Assembly: GCA_964624475.1 (NCBI GenBank) | Contig: CAZUYC010000015.1 | Location: 9,124 to 73,123 of the forward strand | Length of the DNA stretch: 64,000 bases | Source of the DNA: an uncultured Spirochaetales bacterium | GTDB taxonomy: Bacteria; Myxococcota_A; UBA9160; SMWR01 | Reading direction: 5' to 3' | In this document: positions 16,312 through 23,911 of the stretch, one piece after another | Layout: the number at the start of each line of letters is the position of its first letter | Position numbering within the stretch: the stretch's first letter is position 1 | The notes under the pieces: model-generated | The model's input: the letters and a program-made list of their open reading frames with translations, nothing else | The model's database searches: none | Told to the model about the DNA's origin: nothing | Translations under genes and position numbers: made by a program

Positions 16312-18339
16312 TCAAGGCCCGGTCCCCGGCTCCCGGGGATGCGGCCCGCCGTCCAGCCGGGAGAGGGCCGCGGCGTGCCCCTGCTCCGCCGCCCTGCGGT
16401 ACCAGCGCGCGGCCTCGGCGTCGTCCTGCGGCACGCCCCGGCCGGTGGCGTGCATAAAGCCGAGGTTGTACTGGGCGTCGGCGTTGCCCTGCTCGGCCGC
16501 CTTGCGGTACCAGCGCGCGGCCTCGGCGTCGTCCTGCGGCACGCCCCGGCCCATGGCGTGCAGCAACCCCAGGTTGAACTGGGCTTCGGCGTGCCCCTGC
16601 TCGGCCGCCTTGCGGCACCAGCGCGCGGCCTCGGCGTCGTCCTGCGGCACGCCCCGGCCCGTGGCGTGCAGCACCCCCAGGTCGGACTGCGCCGCGGCGT
16701 GCCCCTGCTCGGCCGCCTTGCGGTACCAGCGCGCAGCCTCGGCGTCGTCCTGCAGGACGCCCTGCCCGGCGGTGTAGAGCGCGCCCAGCGCGAACTGCGC
16801 ATGCGCATTGCCCTGCTCGGCCGCCCGGCGGTACCAGCGCGCGGCCTCGGCGACGTCCTGCACCACGCCCTCGCCCCGCGCGTACATCCCCGCCAGGTTC
16901 AGCTGCGCGGCGTCGTAATTCTGATCCGCCCCCCGGCGGTACCAGCGGACGGCCTCGGCGTCGTCCTTGGCCACACCCTCGCCGGTCGCGTAGAGCACGC
17001 CCAGGTTGGACTGGCCCACGGCGTCCCCGCGTTCCGCGGCCTCCCGAAAGTGCGAGAGGGCCTCCCCGACCCGTCCCTCGAAGAGCGACGCAAAGCCCAG
17101 CCGGTTGTGGCGCGCCAGGTCCTGATCGGCCCGGGTCTGCCCCTGGACCACCGCGAAGACCAGCGCCCACACCGACACGTAGGCGAGGTACCGGCGCCGC
17201 GGCGCCCATGCGGCGAGCAGCCTCGTGGGATCGAAGCGCCTCAGGGCCGGCGAGCCGACCGCGCGGTCGATCGCCTGGATCGTCGTGTTCAGGATCGGCA
17301 CCACCAGCAGCTTGTCGTAGAAGCTGTGGGCACCGACGTGCTCGAGGAAGGCGTAGGTCGCCACCACGCTCGCTCCGTACAGGACTCCGAAGGCGATGCG
17401 CCCCAGGTCGCTGCGGGGCGAGGTGGAAGGGTCGGTGAAGAGCAGGTGCATGCCGAGGAAGGTCGCGATCGGGATGTAGGTCCCGAAGACGAAGCCGGTG
17501 CCCGCCGCCGCGTGGAGGAGGATCAAGGCGTAGGTCGTCGCCACCGCGGACATCGTCATCAGCGTGACGCCGAAGAGGAGCTGCCCGGGCAGCCCGGCCA
17601 AGAAGATCCACATGTAGATGTAGGGGGGATAGAGCTGCGTGTCGGCGATCTCCTGGCCCCAGGTGACGTGCGTCGAGCCGGTCAGGAGCAGGACCACCGA
17701 GAAGAGCGACAGGGGCAGCGCCGAGGGGTTGAAGACGTGCACCCGCCGCCCGTCCTTGCTCCAGCGGATCAGCTCCTTGGCGGCGAAGCCCAGCGCCACC
17801 AGCAGGAACTGGAGGAAGAACCACTCCGGCTTGAACCAGAGGAAGAGGTTGATGCTGAGGACGATCGGGAACGGGCCGAATCCGAGCGTGTGGGAGTCGC
17901 GGCGGGACCAGACCAGCAGCGACTCGAAGGCGTAGGCGAAGACCAGCTGCGCCGCAATCAGGTCCGCGGAGTCGTAGACCTGGCGCCAGTACCAGCCCCA
18001 GTAGGCGAAGACCGAGAGCTGCGCGCAGGCCTGCACGTAGTGCTGGCTGCGCGGCACCACCTCGAGGGTGAGGCTGCGGCCGCGGCGGAGCGCCGCGGCG
18101 AGGAGCGCGGCGGTCCAGACGAGCAGCGCCGCGCCCGCGCTCCAGAACGACCAGACCAGGGCCGGGTCCCGCCGAGCCGACGGCAGCCAGGCGAAGGCGA
18201 AGAGCAGCGAGGCGAGGCACAGGGGCAGGCCGAGGGCCCGCGCCGGGTGCACGCCTTCGAAGCGCGCGACCGGCGGCACCCGCGCCGCCTCCTGCTTCGC
18301 CACGGACATGGTCCCACTCACTTCAGCGAGCGCCGCCAT
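16312..18339 (-). CDS. Fusion protein: RnfD/NqrB-like polytopic membrane domain plus about seven C-terminal Sel1-like repeats
   Basis: 675-aa ORF. The N-terminal ~430 aa have about 10 TM helices and contain VFNPSALPLSL and LLFTDPSTSPRS (compare FNPAM and FILTDPVTAS of RnfD/NqrB). The C-terminus has 36-aa repeats of the form (D)AEAARWYRKAAEQG.A.AQ.NLG.....G.GV.QD. Confidence 0.85.
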   Translation of the reverse strand: MAALAEVSGTMSVAKQEAARVPPVARFEGVHPARALGLPLCLASLLFAFAWLPSARRDPALVWSFWSAGAALLVWTAALLAAALRRGRSLTLEVVPRSQHYVQACAQLSVFAYWGWYWRQVYDSADLIAAQLVFAYAFESLLVWSRRDSHTLGFGPFPIVLSINLFLWFKPEWFFLQFLLVALGFAAKELIRWSKDGRRVHVFNPSALPLSLFSVVLLLTGSTHVTWGQEIADTQLYPPYIYMWIFLAGLPGQLLFGVTLMTMSAVATTYALILLHAAAGTGFVFGTYIPIATFLGMHLLFTDPSTSPRSDLGRIAFGVLYGASVVATYAFLEHVGAHSFYDKLLVVPILNTTIQAIDRAVGSPALRRFDPTRLLAAWAPRRRYLAYVSVWALVFAVVQGQTRADQDLARHNRLGFASLFEGRVGEALSHFREAAERGDAVGQSNLGVLYATGEGVAKDDAEAVRWYRRGADQNYDAAQLNLAGMYARGEGVVQDVAEAARWYRRAAEQGNAHAQFALGALYTAGQGVLQDDAEAARWYRKAAEQGHAAAQSDLGVLHATGRGVPQDDAEAARWCRKAAEQGHAEAQFNLGLLHAMGRGVPQDDAEAARWYRKAAEQGNADAQYNLGFMHATGRGVPQDDAEAARWYRRAAEQGHAAALSRLDGGPHPREPGTGP
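16381..17140. repeat. Tandem 108-bp DNA repeats encoding the Sel1 repeats
   Basis: The unit ..ccgccttgcggtaccagcgcgcggcctcggcgtcgtcctgcggcacgccccggcc.. recurs at 108-nt spacing. The first ~55 nt of the three or four promoter-distal units are almost identical, and units toward 17140 become progressively degenerate. Confidence 0.85.
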
Positions 18340-18549
18340 GATACCGGCCGGCGGGCCCGGCGTGAACCGGATGGGCGCGGCACTGCGGGGTCCTGCCGCG
18401 GCGGGCTCCGCTCAGAGGAAGCCGCGGCTCACGTGCACGAGGCGCTCGTAGGCGGCCGAGGTGGTCGCGCACAGGGCCTCGGGGGTTCCGAACTCGCCCG
18501 CAACTTCGTCGGGCCGGGGGAGGGACTGGGAGGACGCGGAGCCGATGGC

Positions 18550-20250
18550 TCAGATCTGTTGCAGCTCGAGCCGCCACTCGACCAGACGCTCTTCGACCTC
18601 CTTGCGACTCATCTTGCGATTCTCGACGTGGCTGTAGGGAGGACCGAGCTCCAATGCGCGTTCCATCGAGCCGATGGCCTCGGCCAACGATCGGCGTTTC
18701 TCCTCGCGCAGCCGCTCGTCGGTCGTGCCGAGCTGTCCGGCGAGCCACACCCTGGCCGTCCCGATGATGTAGAGCAGGTCGGCCCGGTAGGTGTAGTGCT
18801 TGGCGCGAGGCCGGATCCGGATCATCGCGGTCTCGACCTCCAGCTGGGCCTCCATAGCCGAGATGGCCGCCTGGGCGGCGCCCGGAGTGGAGGCCTCGAG
18901 GGCGTGGCCGAGCGGCGCGCGGCGGACGGAGTCTCCTGCGAGGACCCAGAACGTGACGCTCGAGAGCAGGATCGCCGGCACGAAGTAGAGACATTGCCGA
19001 AGGAACGCTTCCCGCGCCGTCGAGCGGGACACCCCTTCCCACCACGAATGCGCCGGGGCCCTGCTCTCCGTCCGCAGGATCCCCAGGTTCTCTTGGTTCT
19101 CCTTGTGGCGCACCTTCCAGATGAATCCGTCGAAATAGTAATGCGTGAGCGTCGACGTGAAGCCCACGGCGAAGATAACGCCCATGAACCAACGCGCGCC
19201 CATGTGAAGGCCATCGCCGCCGGACTCGATGTTGAACCGATTCGATTGCAGGAACGTGAGGATGAAACCGTAGAGGAGACAGGCGAGGACGAATGCGCTG
19301 GCCACGTTCCAGCCGCCACGGCTGAAAAGCTCCTGGAAGATGCCGGACCGCGCGGCGCCTTCGCGGCGAGACAGACCTCGATTGTACTTCCATACGATCG
19401 CCAGATACTGCGTCACGTGCACCATGCCCAGCACGGCGAATCCCAGGGCGAAGTTCCAATCGGGAACCAGTGCGGTGATCAGGGAATTCGGCACGTACGT
19501 CAGATACATCACTCCAAAGGTGATGATGACCAGCATCACCTTCGCGCGGCTGACGAAGTGACTCTGGGCGCGACAGAAGGCGAGATAGCCCAGGTAGGCG
19601 ACGGTCGCGGCCAGGGCGGCGACCAAGCAGAGCGCCTGCACGACCTGATAGACTCCGCCGTCGAGCAGGAACAGGATCGGGAAGCCGTGGAAGCGGTAGC
19701 TCTCGTACAACAGGTTCGGCAACCAGTCGAGCGTCGCCACCATGATGAAGATGAACCAGGTGCTGCAGATCATGAGGTCCATTCGCGAAGCCACCGCGCG
19801 GCGCACCTGGTTGTTGCGGTCGTAGATCCGCATGAACCCGTAATGTTGCATCAGGAAATGCCAAGGGTCCCAGAGCTGCAGAATGATCATCAGATACAGA
19901 ACGTTGGTCATGTCGTAGCCGCCGAGCACGACATACGCCGCCACGCACATCGCCAACGAGAAGGGCAGCACCGGACCGAGCAGGAGGCTCCAGCGAAACC
20001 GCCGCATCAGGTCTCGATCGCCATAGATGCGAATGAAGGTCGGGAGATGATGTGCGACGTTGAAGACCGCGAAGATCGTCAGCACGACTGCGGGGCCGAA
20101 CCACAGCACGAAGGCGAGGGCCCAGACCAACGAGATCAGGGGCGCGGCGATGATGAACAGGCCGTCCGACCGCCGGTCGATCACCCAATTCTGTTGGGTG
20201 CGCCGTTGGATGCGCGCTGAAGGGGACGCCTCAACGGTGGTCGACGTCAT
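18550..20250 (-). CDS. His-rich polytopic membrane protein with soluble helical C-terminal tail; no family recognised
   Basis: Frame of ORF 18550..20388, start at ATG 20250 (MTSTTVEASPSARIQRR..). Roughly 10-12 TM helices. His clusters NVAHHLPTF, WDPWHFLMQHYGF, MVHVTQY, LTHYYFDGFIWK. Visibly lower GC than the flanking genes. Confidence 0.8.
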   Translation of the reverse strand: MTSTTVEASPSARIQRRTQQNWVIDRRSDGLFIIAAPLISLVWALAFVLWFGPAVVLTIFAVFNVAHHLPTFIRIYGDRDLMRRFRWSLLLGPVLPFSLAMCVAAYVVLGGYDMTNVLYLMIILQLWDPWHFLMQHYGFMRIYDRNNQVRRAVASRMDLMICSTWFIFIMVATLDWLPNLLYESYRFHGFPILFLLDGGVYQVVQALCLVAALAATVAYLGYLAFCRAQSHFVSRAKVMLVIITFGVMYLTYVPNSLITALVPDWNFALGFAVLGMVHVTQYLAIVWKYNRGLSRREGAARSGIFQELFSRGGWNVASAFVLACLLYGFILTFLQSNRFNIESGGDGLHMGARWFMGVIFAVGFTSTLTHYYFDGFIWKVRHKENQENLGILRTESRAPAHSWWEGVSRSTAREAFLRQCLYFVPAILLSSVTFWVLAGDSVRRAPLGHALEASTPGAAQAAISAMEAQLEVETAMIRIRPRAKHYTYRADLLYIIGTARVWLAGQLGTTDERLREEKRRSLAEAIGSMERALELGPPYSHVENRKMSRKEVEERLVEWRLELQQI

Positions 20251-20412
20251 GCTCGACGACTCGCCTGCCCGTATCCCGAGCGTGTGGAAGTATCGCGCGC
20301 CTGCGTCGGGTGGGGCAAGCCGCAGGCGATGGCACCCCACGAGCACCGGGCGCGCCCGTCGACACGTCGGCGCGTGGAGCATGGGCATCGGGATGGGCGG
20401 CCTCGGGGCGGG

Positions 20413-21172
20413 CTAGGGCCAGGGAAGCTTACGGGCGAGCAGGTCGTCATAGGTTTCGCGCCGCACCACCGCGCCGCAACGCCGGCGCGGCAGAAGACGA
20501 CGGCCGGCCGCAGGGCGCCATTGTAGTGGTTGACGAGCGTGTGCGTGTAGGCGCCCGTCATCGGCATCGCGACCAGGTCACCCGGCCTGGGATCGTGGAG
20601 GGGTACCTGGGTAGCGAGCCGGTCGCCCGATTCGCAGTGCCGCCCCACCAGCTCGACGGGGTCGCCGCCTCCGACGCGTCCGACGAGGGTCGCGTCGAAG
20701 CGGTGCCCCATGTAGACCGAGGCCTCGAAGTTGTCGGCGATGCCGCCGTCGACGGCGACGAAGGTGGGCTCGCCTCTTTTCACGGTGACGATCCGGTAGA
20801 CCGTCGTGGTCGACCTCGCCACGAGCGAGCGGCCGGGCTCGAGCACGATGCGGGCCGCGTCGGGTAGGAAGCGGCTCGCGGCCCCGGTGACGGCGTCGAG
20901 ATAGCGGTCCAGGTCGGGCGCCGGTTCGCCGCGCCGGTACTGGACGCCGAGCCCGCCGCCGAGGTCGTAGACGTCGAACGCGCCGAGCCGGGCGATCACC
21001 TCGATGGCCTCGGCGTACGGCTCCAGGTGGAGGATCTGCGACCCGAGGTGCGGGTTCCGAACGCGCCCGCGACGTCGTCGAGCCGGCAGCCGCCGACCAG
21101 GAGCGAGCCATCCTCGGCGAGGCGCGTGGTGTCCGGGAAGAGCGCCAGCAGGTCCTCGACGTCGGATCCCAT
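20413..21172 (-). pseudogene. lysA: Diaminopimelate decarboxylase pseudogene (internal deletion plus frameshift)
   Basis: ATG 21172 opens MGSDVEDLLALFPDTTRLAEDGSLLVGGCRLDDVAGAFGT (LysA N-terminus with the FGTP motif). At about 21050 the sequence jumps, in another frame, to PHLGSQILHLEPY..DLGGGLG..EPGRSLV..CESGD..GAYTHTLVNHYNGALRPAVVF (the LysA C-terminal half). A second frameshift near 20480 is needed to read the expected end ..VVRRETYDDLLARKLPWP* (stop 20413-15). About 150 aa, including the PLP-lysine region, are missing. Confidence 0.75.
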
Positions 21173-21307
21173 GTCGCGACCGGTTTCCGTGACGGCCCTG
21201 ACTCGGGGAAAAAGTCGACACGCGGGCCGTCGGCCAGTTTATACTCTTGCGACCCGGGTCGGGCCGAGGAGTGCCCCAAGGGGATTCGAACGCGCGAGGA
21301 GCCGGGA

Positions 21308-22354
21308 TTGACTCAGTTTTCCCTCGAATTCCGGTCGGTCGAGACCGCGCTGGCGCGGGCGGCCGGGCGACCCGCGCCCATCCTGGCCCGCCGGGGGGCA
21401 GCGCTGCTCCTGGCCCTGTGCCTCCTGGGGCAGAGCGCCGGGGCGCGCGAGGAGTGGGTCGACAGGGAGCCCCGCTGGATCCCGTCTCTCCACTTCGGAT
21501 TCGACGCCTTCGAATACGACACGCAAGCGAGCGTCCTGAACCAGATCAATCCGCCCAGACAAGCGGGGACCCAGAACGACGGATCCCGCCTGATCATGCT
21601 CCAGTTCGGTGGTGAGGTGATGGGGCCGCTGTTCAAGGGGCTGCCGGGTCGCCCGCGCCTCTTCGCCCAGGCGGGAGCGCAGTGGAGCCCCTTCGCGAGC
21701 GACAACGTCTTCGAGCTCGGCGTTGGGGGAAACACGGCGGCCCACATCAGCGGATATCAGCAAGTCCTGGCACGCGACGAGGCCCGGGGATGCCAGGGCG
21801 CGGGCTGCCCTCCTCGTCCCGAGATCTTCAGCGGAGAAGGGAGCGAGATCGACGCGAATTTCCTGAATCCATCCTGGAACGCCGCGTTGGGCGTCGCCTT
21901 CACCTTTCCCGTGGCCGAGTCCCTGTTGCTGCGGGTGAAGCCCTCGATCGCCTACAACCTCGATCGGATCGAGCTCTCCGGAACGATCACGACGGTGGTC
22001 GACACCGGCGAAACCATGTTCCTACCAGTTGCGAACCCGCCTCCGCCCCATCCAGCACCCTGCATCGGGAACAGCTGCCCCGTGCCGGTGTTCGAGATCC
22101 ATCGGGGCTCCGCGAGCGACAGCATCACCCAGCACAGCCTCGGGCCGGGGCTCGAGCTGGAGCTGGTCCTGTTCCGCGGGGTCCGGCCGATCCGGGCCTC
22201 GCTCTACGCGGATACCCGCTTCCTGTGGCTGCTCGGCGACCGCACCACGGAGTTCTCGGGCTCCGTCGCATCCTACGAGGTTCGCAGGGACCCGTTCGCG
22301 ATCCGGGGTGGCGCCGGATTCCGATTCAGCTGGATGGGATCCGGCGGACGCTGA
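21308..22354 (+). CDS. Putative outer-membrane beta-barrel protein
   Basis: TTG start. Signal-like RRGAALLLALCLLGQSAGA. Alternating-hydrophobic strand segments (AALGVAFTFPV, LLLRVKPSIAYNL, LELELVLF, IRASLYADTRFLWLL). Near-terminal ..GGAGFRFSW. Confidence 0.6.
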   Translation: MTQFSLEFRSVETALARAAGRPAPILARRGAALLLALCLLGQSAGAREEWVDREPRWIPSLHFGFDAFEYDTQASVLNQINPPRQAGTQNDGSRLIMLQFGGEVMGPLFKGLPGRPRLFAQAGAQWSPFASDNVFELGVGGNTAAHISGYQQVLARDEARGCQGAGCPPRPEIFSGEGSEIDANFLNPSWNAALGVAFTFPVAESLLLRVKPSIAYNLDRIELSGTITTVVDTGETMFLPVANPPPPHPAPCIGNSCPVPVFEIHRGSASDSITQHSLGPGLELELVLFRGVRPIRASLYADTRFLWLLGDRTTEFSGSVASYEVRRDPFAIRGGAGFRFSWMGSGGR

Positions 22355-22370
22355 GCGAGGCGCCCCTCGC
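22355..22370. terminator. Short GC hairpin between convergent stops
   Basis: gcgagg-cgcc-cctcgc (6-bp stem, 4-nt loop) fills the 23-nt gap between the stops at 22354 and 22378. There is no U-run. Confidence 0.3.
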
Positions 22371-22377
22371 CGGGACC

Positions 22378-23811
22378 TCAGCGCACCCCGTAGCCCAGGG
22401 CGCGCAGCTGGTTCAGCTGCATCTCGTCGATCTCGACGCTGGGCGCGTCCCCTCCCCAGGGCGGAGGCCGACTCCGGAGATAGGTGCTGGCCTTCTCGCT
22501 CAGAGCCCCGATCAGCTCGGGCCGCTCCCCCGCGAGATCCCGCTGCTCGCGGGGATCCTCCCACTTGTCGTAGAGCTCCGAGCGCTTCGGCGCCGCCGCG
22601 CGATAGATGAGGCGCCAGCGTCCCTCGTTCATGGCCACCATGGGGCGAGGCCGCTGCTCCGTCCTCCCCCAGCTCTGGTCGATCTGCGCGAACGCTACGC
22701 CATCGCCGGCGGGCTCCGCCTCGCCCCCCGCCGCGGCGACGATCTGCGGCACGAGCGATCGCCCGTCCGCGTCGGGGAGCGGGGGCAGGCCCACGAGCTC
22801 CAGCACGGTGGGCCAGAGATCCACGTTCTCCGAGCGCGCCTCGACGACGATCCCGGGCTCGAGCCGGAAGGGGAAGCTCAGGATGAACGGAGTCTGGGTC
22901 ACCTCGCCGTACACGTCCCGGGCATGCCCTTCGCCATCGTGCTCGCCGAACGCCTCGCCGTGGTCGGCAGCGAACACGATGAGCGTGCGCTCGCGCAGGC
23001 CGCGCTGCGCCAGCTCGGCGAACAGGTGCCCGAGGAGGCTGTCGACCCAGCGGATCGAGTTGTCGTAGGAGTCCGAGTAGCTCGTGCCGAAGAGCGCGGC
23101 GTCCTCGGAGTAGGAGTACTGATGGACGTCCATCAGGTGCAGGTAGAGGAACCAGCGCTCGTGGCCATGGGCGCGCAGGAACTCGAGGGCGGAGACGAGG
23201 ATATCGGCGTCGTCGCCCTCGAGCCCGATGTTCGGGGTCTCGAGGCGCCGGATCCGGGCGTGGTCGCGCCGCTGGGAGCGCGGGCTCAGGTAGATCTCGA
23301 AGCCCTGGGAGAAGCCGAAGTTCGCGGCGATCCAGCCGTTCCTCCAGATTCCCGCGGTGCGGAACCCCGCCTCCTGGAAGATCTCCGCGGGCATGCGCGC
23401 GTCCGGAGAGATCGCGTCGTAGGCGCGCAACACGCGCGTTCGAACCGGATAGAGCCCCGTCCAGAGCGACGCCATCGAGCACTTCGTCCAGGACGACTGG
23501 GAGACCTGCTGTGCGAAGCGGATGCCGGTCGCCGCGAGCGCGTCGAGGTTCGGGCTGGTCTCGCGCTCGTATCCGTAGGCGTGGAGCCGGTCCGCCCGCA
23601 GCGTGTCGACGAGGATGAAGAGCACGTTCAGGTCGCTGCGGGCCCGCAGGGCGAGCAGGTCGTCGAGCGCGCCGCGCGGGCGCGGGTCCGCATCGACGCC
23701 GCCGACGCCCAGGCGATGCAGGCCGGCGGCGATCAGGGCGGCCGCGGCGACGGCCGCGAGCACCCCCCACATCCGCCGGTGCGCTCTCGCTCTGCGCTCG
23801 GGCTCGCTCAT
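22378..23811 (-). CDS. Sulfatase-like hydrolase/transferase (alkaline phosphatase superfamily), membrane-anchored
   Basis: 477-aa ORF with an N-terminal TM segment (WGVLAAVAAAALIAAGL). Motifs ..NVLFILVDTLRADRL.., ..SSWTKCSMASLWTG.., ..AADHGEAFGEH... It lacks the canonical C/S-x-P-x-R formylglycine motif. Confidence 0.8.
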   Translation of the reverse strand: MSEPERRARAHRRMWGVLAAVAAAALIAAGLHRLGVGGVDADPRPRGALDDLLALRARSDLNVLFILVDTLRADRLHAYGYERETSPNLDALAATGIRFAQQVSQSSWTKCSMASLWTGLYPVRTRVLRAYDAISPDARMPAEIFQEAGFRTAGIWRNGWIAANFGFSQGFEIYLSPRSQRRDHARIRRLETPNIGLEGDDADILVSALEFLRAHGHERWFLYLHLMDVHQYSYSEDAALFGTSYSDSYDNSIRWVDSLLGHLFAELAQRGLRERTLIVFAADHGEAFGEHDGEGHARDVYGEVTQTPFILSFPFRLEPGIVVEARSENVDLWPTVLELVGLPPLPDADGRSLVPQIVAAAGGEAEPAGDGVAFAQIDQSWGRTEQRPRPMVAMNEGRWRLIYRAAAPKRSELYDKWEDPREQRDLAGERPELIGALSEKASTYLRSRPPPWGGDAPSVEIDEMQLNQLRALGYGVR

Positions 23812-23911
23812 CTCGTTTGGAAGCTAGGATGAACCCCCGCGCCTCCGCCAGGCGGAGGGGGTCGCCCACCTCGCCGCCGCGGCCGGATGCGGCGCGCGTA
23901 GCGCGCGCGGA

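Noticed and set aside
18550-18552. The TGA of the His-rich membrane protein as a selenocysteine codon.
   Set aside because: I see no convincing SECIS-like hairpin immediately downstream, and TGA functions as an ordinary stop in several overlap junctions in this window. The observation is kept only as an unexplained in-frame extension (see findings).
16003-20220. 1405-aa plus-strand ORF, the longest in the track, along with other very long ORFs such as 2764..4062, 2894..4738, 4099..6759, 4748..6640, 8703..10466, 22022..23869, 27779..29962 and 30731..33232.
   Set aside because: Their translations are Arg/Pro/Gly/Ala-rich low-complexity strings with no motifs. Each lies opposite to, or out of frame with, a gene that has clear family signatures. 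These are typical shadow ORFs of a stop-poor, GC-rich genome. The 1405-aa one is additionally propped up by the antisense strand of the Sel1 repeats.
20247-21221. 324-aa ORF taken at face value as an intact short LysA.
   Set aside because: Its first ~60 aa are Arg/Gly junk in the wrong frame. The genuine LysA N-terminus is in another frame, the PLP-lysine region is missing, and the conserved C-terminal tail needs a further frameshift. It is called a pseudogene.
21274-21300. The tRNA-like string GGGGATTCGAAC, and a similar motif (CCCC[A/C]AGGGGATTCGA..GCGAGGA) upstream of the DmdA-like gene at 61420-61453.
   Set aside because: The flanks cannot form a T-arm (gcgcg versus cccct) or an acceptor stem, so this is not a tRNA or tRNA fragment. 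A rough estimate suggests that a 16/18 match with an indel between two sites in 64 kb of biased sequence is not statistically meaningful, so I cannot support a shared regulatory site.
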